Of a stretch of 60,960 nt of DNA, positions 19,455-30,780 are shown in pieces; position 1 is the first letter of the stretch; each line of letters begins with the position of its first letter. The stretch is from Tidjanibacter massiliensis. GTDB lineage: Bacteria > Bacillota > Clostridia > Lachnospirales > Lachnospiraceae. The stretch lies in the NCBI GenBank assembly GCA_963661155.1, contig CAVLAW010000001.1, forward strand, positions 1 through 60,960. Direction: 5' to 3'. Made by a program: the position numbers and the translations under genes. The notes beneath the pieces are model-generated. The model ran no database searches, was not told the DNA's origin, and was given only the letters and a program-made list of their open reading frames with translations.

Positions 19455-20483
19455 TTATCTCTGCACCCGGCCGCTTCCTTTATTCTGCATGAGCTGCAGA
19501 ACCTCCTGTTCGGAAGCATAGTTGATATCCCCGGGAATTGTGTGTTTGATTGCAGCGGCCGCGATTCCGAATTCCAGAGCATCTGACGGTGCCATGTTTT
19601 TCAGAAAACCATGAAGGCAGCCTGCGGCGAAAGAATCACCTCCGCCCACGCGGTCCACGATGTGAAGCAGGTAGCGGCTTCCTGTATAAAGTCCTTCTTT
19701 TGTGTAAATTCTCGCTGACCATCCATTATCGGAAGCACTGATACTCTCCCGCAGTGTTGTGATGACTGCTTCCAGATGGTATGCATCTGCCATTTTTTTC
19801 ATCTGTTCCTCGCTGACGCAGACTTCATAGTCACAGTTCAGAAGATCCACTTCCGGGACGGAATATCCAAGGCACTTTGCAGCATCCAGCGGATTTCCAA
19901 AACAGATATCGACATAAGAAATGAGTTCCGAAAGAAGCTTCCGTTTTTCTTCCACACCCGAATTCCACAGCTTCGCACGATAATTAAGATCCATCGAAAT
20001 CTTCACCCCATGTTCTTTCGCCTTTTTCACGGCATACCGCACCAGCTCACCCGCCTCCCGGCCGAGTACCGGTGTGATTCCGGATATGTGAAACAGATCT
20101 GCGCCAGCAAAAATTTCATCAAAGTCAAACTCCTCCGGAACTGCATCGGTAAAAGAAGATCCCGCCCGGTCATAAATAACGCTGGACGGCCGCACCGACG
20201 CTCCCTGTTCCAGAAAATAGATGCCAAGCCGGTTTCCGCCGCGCGCGATGTGCGAGCAGTCGATTCCAAGACCCGCAAGCGTTTTCACCGCCGCATCCCC
20301 CAGTGCGTTTTCCGGAAGTTTTGTCACAAATGCCACCTGATGCCCGAACTGCGCCAGTGATGCTGCGACATTCGCTTCCGCCCCGCCGTAGCACAGTTCC
20401 ATGTATGATGCCTGCGTAAAACGCTGAAAGCCTGTCGTGGAAAGCCGCATCATAATTTCTCCAAGCGTCACAACCTTTGCCAT
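19455..20483 (-). CDS. kdgK: 2-keto-3-deoxygluconate kinase (PfkB family)
   Basis: GEIMMRL, GGAEANVA, DLNYR.KLW and DRVGGGDSF motifs. Confidence 0.9.
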   Translation of the reverse strand: MAKVVTLGEIMMRLSTTGFQRFTQASYMELCYGGAEANVAASLAQFGHQVAFVTKLPENALGDAAVKTLAGLGIDCSHIARGGNRLGIYFLEQGASVRPSSVIYDRAGSSFTDAVPEEFDFDEIFAGADLFHISGITPVLGREAGELVRYAVKKAKEHGVKISMDLNYRAKLWNSGVEEKRKLLSELISYVDICFGNPLDAAKCLGYSVPEVDLLNCDYEVCVSEEQMKKMADAYHLEAVITTLRESISASDNGWSARIYTKEGLYTGSRYLLHIVDRVGGGDSFAAGCLHGFLKNMAPSDALEFGIAAAAIKHTIPGDINYASEQEVLQLMQNKGSGRVQR

Positions 20484-20484
20484 A

Positions 20485-21954
20485 TTATTCTTTTCCTCCT
20501 GCTGCCTGTCGAATTTCAATCTGTTCTGCAAAATTGCCTACGTTTATCTTTGCATCCTCAAAGTTCTCTGCCTGTCTTCCATCCCGCACAATATTTTCGA
20601 ATGTGATTCTTTTTACCAATCGTTCGCTGTCATAACCGGCAACACGCGATACCTCTTCCCCCTCACAGGAAGTAACAGAAATATTGCGCGCTGTCACATC
20701 TTCGATTCCTCTTCCCGGTGCAGGATTGTAATCGGAATTATATTTTACGCAGAACTCAAACAATCTTCCATGCGTGATGCGCTCGACCCGGATATCCTCG
20801 TATCGAATCCTCCGCACGAGGTTTTTATCCCCCGGCGCAATTGCCATGACGCCGAGATATTCCGGCTGCATTTCGTGCTGATCGAGGACATCAATATTGC
20901 GGAATGTCACATTCTCAATGATATCGCCGTTCCGCTGGTGATCTCCATGCGTTCCGATCATCATCGGATGCGCCACGTCCGCCCATAGGGTGATGTTTTC
21001 CACCAGAATTCTTCTAGAATCTCCGTAATTCTGCCAGCGGCTTCCATAAATGGCAATGCAGTCATCCGAAGTCCGCAGAAATCCGCCGGACACCGTCACA
21101 TCCTCACAGCTCATCATGTCAATTCCATCTGTCCAGCCCTCACAACTGAATGAGCACACATTCAGAATCCGCACCTGACTCGAATTTCCGATATACACCG
21201 TGTAATGGCCCGGATCCAGAAACGTCAGATCCTGAATTTCAATATTTTTTGACCGCTGAATCCGGACACCATGAGCACCGGAAATCTGTCCAAATGCTTT
21301 CTGATCGATGATTCCACGGCCGTAAATTCTGACGTTTTCCACGTCTTCCAGAACAAAACCGCCGCGGAACACAGCTCCGCCCTCGAAATAGACGGTCGTA
21401 TTACTCGGAACTTTCCAGAGAAATTCTCCCATCGAATGGTATCCTTTTTCGAAATACACAATCGGATGATCTCCCAGTGCCCGGATCCTGTCATTGAGCG
21501 GACCGCTCTCATGCATAATATCAACACCCTGCATTCTTTCTTTGATCACCAGCACATTCGGTGCTGTTTTGTCCGGTGCCGGTTCGATTGCCCGCGCAAA
21601 TAAATGGAGATTGTGAAAACGGTCATTGTTTACGACAACGGCAAGATTGGCCGGCTTTGTCAGTGTAAACCGTAGTTCGCTTCCTTCCACTTCCGGCACA
21701 ATTTCAAGTGATTTCGGGTGAATGGACGCCTGATAAATCGGGCTGAACCGGTTATACGTTATCTTCACTTCAACTTCGCCTGTAAAATCAAACTGTGCCA
21801 TTCCGGCTTCCCTTGGATCGTGCATATCAACGGTAACCGCATAAATCGGCACCTGCTGCCACTCTTCACTGTCCTTTGCACGAACCTGCAGTTCATATTT
21901 TGCTTTATGTGCCAGTGCATAACCCGGCATTGGATATACGATGCATTCACTCAT
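20485..21954 (-). CDS. GH28-like beta-helix glycoside hydrolase
   Basis: TDGID and RTSDDCIAIY motifs with parallel beta-helix repeats; RBS GGGAG. Confidence 0.75.
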   Translation of the reverse strand: MSECIVYPMPGYALAHKAKYELQVRAKDSEEWQQVPIYAVTVDMHDPREAGMAQFDFTGEVEVKITYNRFSPIYQASIHPKSLEIVPEVEGSELRFTLTKPANLAVVVNNDRFHNLHLFARAIEPAPDKTAPNVLVIKERMQGVDIMHESGPLNDRIRALGDHPIVYFEKGYHSMGEFLWKVPSNTTVYFEGGAVFRGGFVLEDVENVRIYGRGIIDQKAFGQISGAHGVRIQRSKNIEIQDLTFLDPGHYTVYIGNSSQVRILNVCSFSCEGWTDGIDMMSCEDVTVSGGFLRTSDDCIAIYGSRWQNYGDSRRILVENITLWADVAHPMMIGTHGDHQRNGDIIENVTFRNIDVLDQHEMQPEYLGVMAIAPGDKNLVRRIRYEDIRVERITHGRLFEFCVKYNSDYNPAPGRGIEDVTARNISVTSCEGEEVSRVAGYDSERLVKRITFENIVRDGRQAENFEDAKINVGNFAEQIEIRQAAGGKE

Positions 21955-21961
21955 GTTTTGT

Positions 21962-24900
21962 TTACTCCCTGTATGTATTTGCCCAGTCGCCATCCGCTGT
22001 TGGAAGCACGTCATCAAGTTCTTCTCTCGCCAGAAAAACACGGTCAATTTTTACATTCGCGGATCGGCCGAAAATGTGGAATACATTCTTTCCTTCTTTC
22101 AGTTCCACGGATGCAAATTCATGCCAGTGCCAGACGGAGGTCGTCAGGAAATGGAAGACTCCGCGCGGACAGGTTCGTTCCTCCGGACGCACGATGTGCT
22201 CATTCGCACCGACCATGAGATCCTGGCCTGCTCTGCCGTCGTACTTCAGCAACAGCCACACTTTGTAGGTTCCCGCGTGCTCTGCCTCGATCTGGTAATG
22301 CATGGCTGGGGCTGTTTTCGGATCGTTCCATAAAATTCCGTCGGCTCCTTCGATCACCATGCCGAGTCCGCTGCCGCCGCTGGTCGGCGTTCCGATGTGT
22401 GTCCAGGCTCCCGGTACTGCCCCTGGAAGTGACTGTGTTGTATAGCTGTGCGCATTTTCTGCAAGCGCTAGCTCTGCCTCAAATGCAATCCGGCCGTCTT
22501 TTTCCTGGATTTCTTTTCCGCAGAGATCGTCCCTGATCACATCTTTCCGGCCGTCTTCCCGCGGCTGGTAAGTTTTCTGTCCCTCTTTTTTCTGGGACAG
22601 TTTTTCCAGTCTCGCTCCGATGAAATCCTGATGGTAGAAAGCGTAATTCGCCAGAATCAGATCTGGTTCCGATGTATGCTGTAAAGCACCGTGATATATT
22701 GTATCGCACTGCTCCTGCCATTTTTCTGCAAATGCCGGAATCTGCTGATCTCCGCGTCCCAGAATGCCAAGGCTCGTCACTGCAAAACCCTGCGTGTAAA
22801 TCACACATTTGCTCAGGCAGACGTAGCTGTCGATCATCAGCAGACGCATCGTGTGTGTGCCTTTTTCGAGATACGGCAGGGTAAGATACAGCTTATCCGC
22901 TTCATTACGCACGGCATCCGCCCAGTTTCCGCGGTGTTCATCTGTGATCTCGGACTCTACAACCTGCATCGGAAGTGCATCAATCTGAACGCCGAAGCGG
23001 ATTCTTCCTACGGAATTCAGCGTCGGCAGACGATAAAATTCTGCGACTGGACTGCAATCATCCGCCACGGAAAAGTGATATTCCACAAACGGCAGATGTT
23101 CCATTTCCTGCTCCGGCAGACTTTCCAGACTCGGGGCATATGCTTCGATCGCATTTCCCTCATACCGTCCCAGATTCTCCCGAACCTGCCATGCACACAT
23201 TCCCTGATTCTGTTTCTTTTCATACTCCGCAAGAAAGATTTCGACTGCTCCGTCGGCTGCTTCCTGTTCTTCCACAACCTGCACCGGAATCTCGCGAACC
23301 ATACGCTGATCGCAGAAAACCCGAATTGTTCCTTCCGTTTCTGCTCCGCGTTTTTCTTCCAGCAGGCGGATCACAATTCTTTCTTCGCTGCTGACACATC
23401 CTTCCGTTTCCGACAGAGAAAGCCACTCTGGTGCCTCGATCCGATACGGAACTTCCCCGGCTCCCCTGTTAAAGACTTCGAGCCATTTTTCTTTTTTGTC
23501 TCCTGCCGCAAAGCAGAGACTTTCACTTTCCTTCCCTCCCTGCCAGATGCATACGTCAAGCGACGGCTCCCCGATCACCAGCGCCGGTTTTATTGTCGGA
23601 TACATCTGCATATTCGGCGGCGGTGCCACCTCCGGTGTCAGAATTTGATCCCATTTTCCGCCCGCCAGAACTTTATTGTAATAATAGATCATGCCGCGCA
23701 GCAATTTCGTATACTCTCTGGATTCCCGGCAATACTCATCTGCCGCCTGCATTTTTCCCTGACGGTATGCAAGCGCGCTCCGGTCTGCAAAATAATATTC
23801 TGCGTTTTTAAAATACGCAGCATGAATCTTCATCTGCACCAGTTCAAAAAACGCATCTCTTTCCTCTTCCGGCAAAGTTTCGGCAATCACGTTGGATTCT
23901 TCAAACAGTTCCTGCAGTGCATTCAGTCTTGCGGCCGCTTCATCACCGAAATTGACCTGTGAAAATACATTTTCATGCATCATCTCCATCTTTCTCACAT
24001 TTGTGATCTGCGAAAATCTCTTAATCAGCGCGCCCGTCTTTTCCCCAATGTCGCCGGAAAATTCCATGTTTATCCACGAAATCAGAAATTCTTCCACATC
24101 TTTTGTGGTTTTCCCTTTCTCAATTTCCCATGCAAACCGTGTATAGAACTCCAGATCCTGCTCAATCGCCTTTAATGCACCGACATTTAAAACCCACATC
24201 TTCTGGATTCCATTGTCCCATGCTTTCTGCAGCTCATTTTTCATACGCGCAAGCGGCGTGGAACTGATGAACAAATAATGCATGTTGTCGCCCGACCAGT
24301 AAGAACTGTGATAGTAAAGACCATGGCCGCCCCGGCGCGACTGCTCCGCCTTTCCCGGATAACGGCGGACATATCCATAATTATCGTTGGTCCAGATGAT
24401 CGTCACGTCCTCTGGAACTTTCAGACCATTGTCATAATACTGGAGTACCTCTTTGTACGGAATAAACGTCTGAGGAATTTCATCCGCACTTTTTCCGGTG
24501 ACTGTTTCGAGCAGCTTTCTCTGTTCTGCAATCACCTCTTCCAGCATTGCCTTTTTGGCCTCGCGTTTTTCATCCTCCGACAGATCTTCCCGACGGTCAA
24601 TCTCGCGTGTCACAAAACCGGAATCATGAATGCCGCGCATTCCTACGGTGTAGACCGCTTCATATTCCTTATTTGCCTCTACGCTTTCCCGCCAGTATTC
24701 CAGCAGCTTTTCCCGGTTTTCGCCCGGAATGGAGTAATCATACTGGATTCCCAGCTTGTCATAACCTTTGGATGCCAGCCACGGTTTCCACTCATTCTGA
24801 TTGGAACGCAGCATCATATCGCAGTGGGACGTACCGACCACGATTCCCATCCGGCTGGCCAGCGCTGCATTTTCCGGATTTCCGTTAAAGTAATTCACAT

Positions 24901-25495
24901 GCATCGCCGGCCAGATATAATTCGCCTTTAAGCGCAGCAGCAGTTCAAAAATATGTGCATACGTCTCCGGGCCGATCGTGCCGTCGTTTGTATGTGCTTT
25001 CGCCCAGTGATCAAGTTCTTCCTCATCGTTGATGAAAATACCGCGGTACTGGACGGATGGATGCTCGACGATTCGAAAGTCATCCTGCAGCCTAAAAGAG
25101 GTTCGTTTCTTCACCGGAACATCTGCAAAAAAGTACCATGGCGATACACCAATCCGTCTCGTTAAATCGTAAATTCCATAAATCGTTCCTCTGGTATCAC
25201 TTCCGACAATCCAGAGCTGGCTTCCCTCAACCGCAAGAAGATAGCCCTCCCATATCGGCTTTCCGTTTTCATCCAGCAGTTCATCGGCACGAACCTTCCC
25301 TTTCCATACCGGCTTCTTCTCAATCTGATCGTACGTCATCACAACCAGTTCGGCAGCCTCGATGGATGCCTGTTCGACCTGTTTCGTAAACACCTGCTCT
25401 AAATCCTTTCGCAGATGCTCCGCCGCACACTGCAGCGGGCTGTTCACTGGATTCATAAAAACCGGAATCGTATTTTTTTCAAAAAACGTTTTCAT
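21962..25495 (-). CDS. glycoside hydrolase family 115 (alpha-glucuronidase)
   Basis: GVSPWY, YRGIFINDE, LLRLKANYIWPAMH, GTSHC, GMRG.HD and W..NVG motifs. Confidence 0.92.
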   Translation of the reverse strand: MKTFFEKNTIPVFMNPVNSPLQCAAEHLRKDLEQVFTKQVEQASIEAAELVVMTYDQIEKKPVWKGKVRADELLDENGKPIWEGYLLAVEGSQLWIVGSDTRGTIYGIYDLTRRIGVSPWYFFADVPVKKRTSFRLQDDFRIVEHPSVQYRGIFINDEEELDHWAKAHTNDGTIGPETYAHIFELLLRLKANYIWPAMHVNYFNGNPENAALASRMGIVVGTSHCDMMLRSNQNEWKPWLASKGYDKLGIQYDYSIPGENREKLLEYWRESVEANKEYEAVYTVGMRGIHDSGFVTREIDRREDLSEDEKREAKKAMLEEVIAEQRKLLETVTGKSADEIPQTFIPYKEVLQYYDNGLKVPEDVTIIWTNDNYGYVRRYPGKAEQSRRGGHGLYYHSSYWSGDNMHYLFISSTPLARMKNELQKAWDNGIQKMWVLNVGALKAIEQDLEFYTRFAWEIEKGKTTKDVEEFLISWINMEFSGDIGEKTGALIKRFSQITNVRKMEMMHENVFSQVNFGDEAAARLNALQELFEESNVIAETLPEEERDAFFELVQMKIHAAYFKNAEYYFADRSALAYRQGKMQAADEYCRESREYTKLLRGMIYYYNKVLAGGKWDQILTPEVAPPPNMQMYPTIKPALVIGEPSLDVCIWQGGKESESLCFAAGDKKEKWLEVFNRGAGEVPYRIEAPEWLSLSETEGCVSSEERIVIRLLEEKRGAETEGTIRVFCDQRMVREIPVQVVEEQEAADGAVEIFLAEYEKKQNQGMCAWQVRENLGRYEGNAIEAYAPSLESLPEQEMEHLPFVEYHFSVADDCSPVAEFYRLPTLNSVGRIRFGVQIDALPMQVVESEITDEHRGNWADAVRNEADKLYLTLPYLEKGTHTMRLLMIDSYVCLSKCVIYTQGFAVTSLGILGRGDQQIPAFAEKWQEQCDTIYHGALQHTSEPDLILANYAFYHQDFIGARLEKLSQKKEGQKTYQPREDGRKDVIRDDLCGKEIQEKDGRIAFEAELALAENAHSYTTQSLPGAVPGAWTHIGTPTSGGSGLGMVIEGADGILWNDPKTAPAMHYQIEAEHAGTYKVWLLLKYDGRAGQDLMVGANEHIVRPEERTCPRGVFHFLTTSVWHWHEFASVELKEGKNVFHIFGRSANVKIDRVFLAREELDDVLPTADGDWANTYRE

Positions 25496-26220
25496 TTTGC
25501 ACTCCTTTCCGCCGCCCTGTGCAGCGCCTCTGTGAGAACCGGCAGATAAAATTCTTCAATCGCCAGCAGATTCGGATGGGTTCCGCTGCCGTCAAAAGAA
25601 GGCAGTCCGTCCTCATTGTTTTCATCAAACGTGTACATGATCTGATGCGCCGTATTTTCTGTGTTCAGATGCTTCTCCTGAAAAATATCAGCCACGGTTA
25701 TCTTCCATTTCCGGCAGATCTCCCGCGCCTCCCCGATGATCTTCTCCTGAATCTGCGCATCCCGGCTTCCCATCCGGTGCGGGATCAGATAAATCATGCT
25801 GCTCTCCGCCCACTTTTCTTTCATTGTCCTGATCAATCGTTCCAGTTCATCGGCATAGGTGGTTTCTTCTGGATGCATTTTCAAATATTCCGCATCGTTT
25901 GTCCCGCCGTCAAAAAGGATAAAATCCGGTGCGGCTTCCGGTGCAGTAAGAACCTGCTCTAAAATCTGCCCTCCCATATAGTGGAGATCCAGCACCGAAG
26001 CTCCGTTTCTTGCAAATTTTTTCAGAACCATTCCCTGTTTTTCCGCCAGAAAATCGGCGGAACTTTTTTCGTAGGTATGGCCATCGAGAATGCTGTCGCC
26101 AAAAATGTATATTTTTTTGCCTGTAAATTCTGTATCTTTTTTACTGCAGAATTTTTCCAGATTTTCCGATACTTTTCGAATGTATCCACGCATCGCATCC
26201 TGAATTTTCCTGTCTCCCAT
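25492..26220 (-). CDS. SGNH/GDSL hydrolase (probable carbohydrate esterase)
   Basis: FGDSI, GGTND and GTHPN motifs. Confidence 0.88.
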   Translation of the reverse strand: MGDRKIQDAMRGYIRKVSENLEKFCSKKDTEFTGKKIYIFGDSILDGHTYEKSSADFLAEKQGMVLKKFARNGASVLDLHYMGGQILEQVLTAPEAAPDFILFDGGTNDAEYLKMHPEETTYADELERLIRTMKEKWAESSMIYLIPHRMGSRDAQIQEKIIGEAREICRKWKITVADIFQEKHLNTENTAHQIMYTFDENNEDGLPSFDGSGTHPNLLAIEEFYLPVLTEALHRAAERSAK

Positions 26221-26232
26221 TTGATTATCCTC

Positions 26233-27537
26233 TCACTGTGAAAGAATTTCTTCCACTCTTTCCCTGAATTCGGCTGCTGCTTCTTCCGATGACTTTACTC
26301 CAAAGAAATAAGCATTTGCCGTTTCTTTCAACGCATTTTTGATTCCTTCAATTCCCTGCGGTTCCGGCGGAGGTGTTTCGCCGCACAGTTCTTCTGCGCT
26401 GTCCAGATACTGGAACATTTTGCGCATATTTTCCGGCGTGCTTTCGTTCGATACCATACTGTCCCGTACAGCTTCGGAAGCAGGTACTCCGCGCTCTCCC
26501 TGCAGAATTCCATTGCACTCTTCATCATTTAAAAACCAGTTCAGAAATTCGGCGCACTCTTCTTTTACATCCGAAGTTTCCGCAATTCCAAAAAACATGC
26601 TCGGTTTCAGCCAGAGACCTTTTTCACCATCTTCTTTTAACGGCATCGTTACCATCTGAAGTTCATTGGCACTTTCTCCTGTTTTCGTGCCGAAATTATT
26701 CCATTCCAGCATCATGCCGCAGTCTCCGGTCAGCACCGGCTGCTCCTGCTGGTCCAATGACTCGATTCCGGCCCACTCATCCGAATCCGGCATTGCTCCC
26801 ACCTTCATTAGATGGCAAAAAAACTCCACAAAGTCCTGGTAAATCTGATCATCCTCATAGCCCAGTGTTTTTCCATCTTCGGAAAACAGTTCCTTTCCAT
26901 ATTGGCGTACCCAGTAGTGAAACAGGTTCGTATCCAGCACCGGCGTCATGGCTGCTCCGTATTTCCCGGTTTTTTCCGTTATCGTCTCACAGATTGTCTG
27001 AAAATCTTCCCAGGTCCAGTCCGATTCCGGAATCGCAATTCCAGCTTCTTCAAAAACCTGCGGATTGCATACAATAGAAAACACTGACGAACCAAGAACA
27101 ATTCCTGTCAGTTTGCCATCTATCCTTCCGCCTTCCAAAAGTTCTTCGCTCATATTCTCTGTCTTTAAAATTCCATTGTCCACAAACGGCTGAAGATCCA
27201 TCATAGAACCATTCCGTGAATACGTTGTGATATACTGATAATCCATCTGGATCAGATCCGGCATTTCTCCCCGCACGGCATCCTCTGTCCGCAGATCAAA
27301 ATAGCTGTTCCAGTCTGATTCTTCTGTTTCAAACTCAATTTCCGGATGGAGTTCCGAATACCGTTCCAGAACCTGACTGGTAACACGATTTCTTTCCTCG
27401 CCGCCCCACCAGGCGATACGGATGATTTTTTCTTCCGATTCGTTTTCCGAACTGGTTTCCTCCACCTTTTGATTTCCACACCCGGAAAGACCAAGGCAGG
27501 CAGCCAGCAGCATTACAGATACTCTCTTTCTGTTCAT
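26233..27537 (-). CDS. sugar-binding lipoprotein associated with the two-component system
   Basis: Lipobox LSGC; AWWGG and PDLIQMD motifs. Confidence 0.88.
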   Translation of the reverse strand: MNRKRVSVMLLAACLGLSGCGNQKVEETSSENESEEKIIRIAWWGGEERNRVTSQVLERYSELHPEIEFETEESDWNSYFDLRTEDAVRGEMPDLIQMDYQYITTYSRNGSMMDLQPFVDNGILKTENMSEELLEGGRIDGKLTGIVLGSSVFSIVCNPQVFEEAGIAIPESDWTWEDFQTICETITEKTGKYGAAMTPVLDTNLFHYWVRQYGKELFSEDGKTLGYEDDQIYQDFVEFFCHLMKVGAMPDSDEWAGIESLDQQEQPVLTGDCGMMLEWNNFGTKTGESANELQMVTMPLKEDGEKGLWLKPSMFFGIAETSDVKEECAEFLNWFLNDEECNGILQGERGVPASEAVRDSMVSNESTPENMRKMFQYLDSAEELCGETPPPEPQGIEGIKNALKETANAYFFGVKSSEEAAAEFRERVEEILSQ

Positions 27538-29027
27538 CCCAGATCCTTTCCCCGATACTCACTCGGTTTTACCCCTGTGATCTTTTTGAAGATTCTGGAA
27601 AAATACTGTCCGTCTGCAGCATAACCCAGCATTTCCGACAATTCTCCTACTTTGCAGTCGGGTTCCAGCTCCAGCAGACGGCATGCTACAGAGATCTTGA
27701 TCTGCTGTATGTAGGATGTAAATTTCTGGCCATTGATTTTCTGGAAAAATCTTCCCAGATAATCTTCATTACAAAACAGTACCTCGGATGCCAGATACTG
27801 CAGACTCAGTTCCGGATTCTGGAAATTCTGGTAAACTTCCCGCAAAACCTCCTGATACCGTAGTTCCTCTCTTGTCATCTCCGTGTCTTCTGTTTTCTTC
27901 TGATAAATGACATCTGCCGTCTCTGTCATCAATATCTGACTGTCCTTCTCTTCGTATGGAATTTCTTCCTCTGTCCATCCCAGCATATGAAGAAGCCACT
28001 TCATGGAATCTCTCTTTTTGGAAAAAGAATACCCTCTTTTCTGCATTCGGAGAAAAGTAATCTGCAGAGACTGAAGAATCTCCGGATACGAGCTGCTCTG
28101 TTTCAGAACATCGAAATCCACCAACAGTTCTCTGTTCTGTTTCTCTCCATCAAACATTCCATAGTACAGCAGTTTTTCTTTTGAAGCTTTTGCTTCCATC
28201 ACAAAAAGTTCATCCGTCTGCCGGTAAAGCTGAAAAAGATCACGGATACTTCCTGCATTACTGAGTGCTGCCTGAATCGGTGTCTCTCTCAGTTTCTGAA
28301 AGACCCGGCTGATTTTGGATATCATCGGGATAAAAATTTTCGGATCCGCATCGGATACCAGCAGTACCGCATCTTTCTGGATAACGGTAGTCAGATACCG
28401 TTTGATCTGTCGTTTGTCCAACAGCTCATCCAGAATATTTTCCAGCACAAATTCCTCCAGACCGTCAAAGGAATCCCGGTTTCGAAATGTCAGAATTCTG
28501 ACTTTCTCCGGAACTTCTTCTGCCTGTCCCTGAAACAGTCTTTCCGCATTTCCCTGCTCCCGGTTCAGAAGCAGGTTCTGAAACAACTGTTTTCTTGCTT
28601 TCGGCATGACACTGTTGTGATATTCTTTCTCCCGTCTGGCGTTTTCCCGTATCTGATCGACATCCCGTTTGACCTTATCCATAACTTCCAGAATTTTATC
28701 CTCATCACATGGTTTCAAAATATAGTGACGGACACCTTCCTCCATCGCCCGGGATGTAAACTCATATTCTCCATAACCGGACAGTACGGCAAACTGAATT
28801 TCCGGATACGCTTTCCGCACCTCGTGGATCAGTTCAATTCCATCCATCACCGGCATTTTGATATCCGTAAGAATCATATCCGGCCGACGTTTTTTGATCT
28901 GCTCCAGCGCATCCAGTCCATTCCAGGCGGTTCCTGTGATTTCTACTTCCTGCTGCTCCCAGTCAATGAGCTGCGCCATTCCCTCTCGTTCAAAATCTTC
29001 ATCATCTACGATCAGAAGTCTGTACAT
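27534..29027 (-). CDS. AraC-type response regulator (YesN-like)
   Basis: REC domain (IVDDE, TDIKMP) plus C-terminal AraC HTH (YFSRIFKK..G.KP). Confidence 0.92.
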   Translation of the reverse strand: MYRLLIVDDEDFEREGMAQLIDWEQQEVEITGTAWNGLDALEQIKKRRPDMILTDIKMPVMDGIELIHEVRKAYPEIQFAVLSGYGEYEFTSRAMEEGVRHYILKPCDEDKILEVMDKVKRDVDQIRENARREKEYHNSVMPKARKQLFQNLLLNREQGNAERLFQGQAEEVPEKVRILTFRNRDSFDGLEEFVLENILDELLDKRQIKRYLTTVIQKDAVLLVSDADPKIFIPMISKISRVFQKLRETPIQAALSNAGSIRDLFQLYRQTDELFVMEAKASKEKLLYYGMFDGEKQNRELLVDFDVLKQSSSYPEILQSLQITFLRMQKRGYSFSKKRDSMKWLLHMLGWTEEEIPYEEKDSQILMTETADVIYQKKTEDTEMTREELRYQEVLREVYQNFQNPELSLQYLASEVLFCNEDYLGRFFQKINGQKFTSYIQQIKISVACRLLELEPDCKVGELSEMLGYAADGQYFSRIFKKITGVKPSEYRGKDLG

Positions 29028-30780
29028 GTTTTCTGCCTCCCTCTGGAATTTCTTTTGGAATCTGTATTCTTATCAGCGTTCCTTTTCCCTGCTCACTCTC
29101 AATTTCAAAAGTAAATTCAGGGTACAGCAGTCTCAGTCGTTCTCTGATATTTGCAATACCAATTCCATTTCCTCTCGCCTTCACGGTTCCATTCCGTACC
29201 TGCTGCAAGGTTTCTGCATCCATGCCAGGTCCCGTGTCTTCGACTTCAAACAGAAGATCGTTCTCCTGCTCCTGTACTTTTACTCTGATCTGGCAGCCTT
29301 CCAGCGAATTTTCAATCCCATAGTAGATCGCATTTTCCACAAGCGGCTGCAGAACCATTCTCGGCACATAATACTGTTCCAGATTTCCTGACTTTTCCAC
29401 TTGAAAGTCTGCCCGCCGCTGATATCGATACGACTGGATCGCCATATATCCTTCGGTGCATTCCACTTCCTCTTTCGCTGTCGCAAAAGGATCTTTTGCA
29501 AAGCTTGAACGCAGAAGCCGGCCAAATTCCGTAATCAGACGGCTGACTTCTTCATTCTTTTTCCATTTCACCATCCAGTTGATGGTGTTTAACGTGTTGT
29601 AGATAAAATGCGGATTGATCTGCGCCCGCAGCATTCGATAACTGGTGTCCTTCAAAAGAATCTGTTTCTCATAATTTTCCCGGATCAGTTCATCAATCTG
29701 TTCGAGCATTGTGTCAAACTCCTGCTGGAGCTGGCCAATTTCATCAGCTCTTTCTTCTATCTGTAAAGACTCTCTTGCCTCCTGGAACTTTCCAGTTTCC
29801 ACAATTTTCATTGTCTGCGTCAGTTCCTGCAGCGGACTGGTAATCGTTCCGATCATCTTCTTCATTCCGACAACAAAAAGAACTGCCAGTACAAGAACCG
29901 TTCCAAGCAGAAGGAGACGGATGATCTGAATCTGTCCGTAAATTTCAGTATACGGAAAAGCATTGACATACATCCAGCCGGTCTTCTGTGAATAAAGCCA
30001 GCAGACGAAGTATCTTTCACTTCCTTTTCTTACAATTTCGTAGCCCTTTCCTTCTTCGCATTCCGGAAGCTGAATCTTTGGACTCTCCTCATCCTGATAA
30101 ATCTGGTAATCATCCGTATACACATACAGACTCGCATGCTCTGCTTCCAGATTCCTTACATTTTTGCGGATCATCGCCGATACATCACAACTGAGTGCGA
30201 TCGTTCCCAGATACGTCAGTCTCGTATGTGCTTTTTCCAGAACGTTTCTGGATATCACATAATATCCCCAGTCCTCCTGCGGATTCCGGCAGACGGCTCC
30301 TCCTCTGGCCTGTTCCAGTTCCTCTTTCATTTCCGCCCGGATTTCCTCCGGCAGCTTGTCAATTCCTCTTCCCATTCGAAAATCAGTGAACTTTTTGTCG
30401 TAAAAAGTGATACTTCTGATCTGATTATTGGCATTCGTATAGGACCCGATCAGTTCACGCAGTTTCAGAATACCAAGTAAATAGGAGGCGTCCGCCTCTT
30501 TGCTCCAGAGAATTTCGGTCAACTGCTCCTGTACTTCATCGTCCATCGCAATGCTTCCCGTGAGATCCTCGATTTCTTCCAGGGAACGGTTTACTTCCTG
30601 CGTAAAATAATCCAGCTCCTGCAGCGATTTTTCATACAGTTTTCCATCATAGACTGTCAGGCAGCCCTGCAGCACAAGCTGGGAAATCAGACAGAAGATG
30701 ACAAGAAACAGACTGAAAGTAATCATCATCTTGCCTGCCATCGACGCATTATCGTATTTCCGCCGTATTTTTTTCCGCAT
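29002..30780 (-). CDS. sensor histidine kinase (YesM-like)
   Basis: HAMP domain; AQINPHFIYNTL, LQPLVENA, DTGPG and GIGIAN motifs. Confidence 0.93.
   Translation of the reverse strand: MRKKIRRKYDNASMAGKMMITFSLFLVIFCLISQLVLQGCLTVYDGKLYEKSLQELDYFTQEVNRSLEEIEDLTGSIAMDDEVQEQLTEILWSKEADASYLLGILKLRELIGSYTNANNQIRSITFYDKKFTDFRMGRGIDKLPEEIRAEMKEELEQARGGAVCRNPQEDWGYYVISRNVLEKAHTRLTYLGTIALSCDVSAMIRKNVRNLEAEHASLYVYTDDYQIYQDEESPKIQLPECEEGKGYEIVRKGSERYFVCWLYSQKTGWMYVNAFPYTEIYGQIQIIRLLLLGTVLVLAVLFVVGMKKMIGTITSPLQELTQTMKIVETGKFQEARESLQIEERADEIGQLQQEFDTMLEQIDELIRENYEKQILLKDTSYRMLRAQINPHFIYNTLNTINWMVKWKKNEEVSRLITEFGRLLRSSFAKDPFATAKEEVECTEGYMAIQSYRYQRRADFQVEKSGNLEQYYVPRMVLQPLVENAIYYGIENSLEGCQIRVKVQEQENDLLFEVEDTGPGMDAETLQQVRNGTVKARGNGIGIANIRERLRLLYPEFTFEIESEQGKGTLIRIQIPKEIPEGGRKHVQTSDRR

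Noticed and set aside
26140..26220. SGNH N-terminal extension as a relic of a deleted GH88-type gene
   Set aside because: The resemblance is vague and covers only about 25 aa; it cannot be supported without an alignment.
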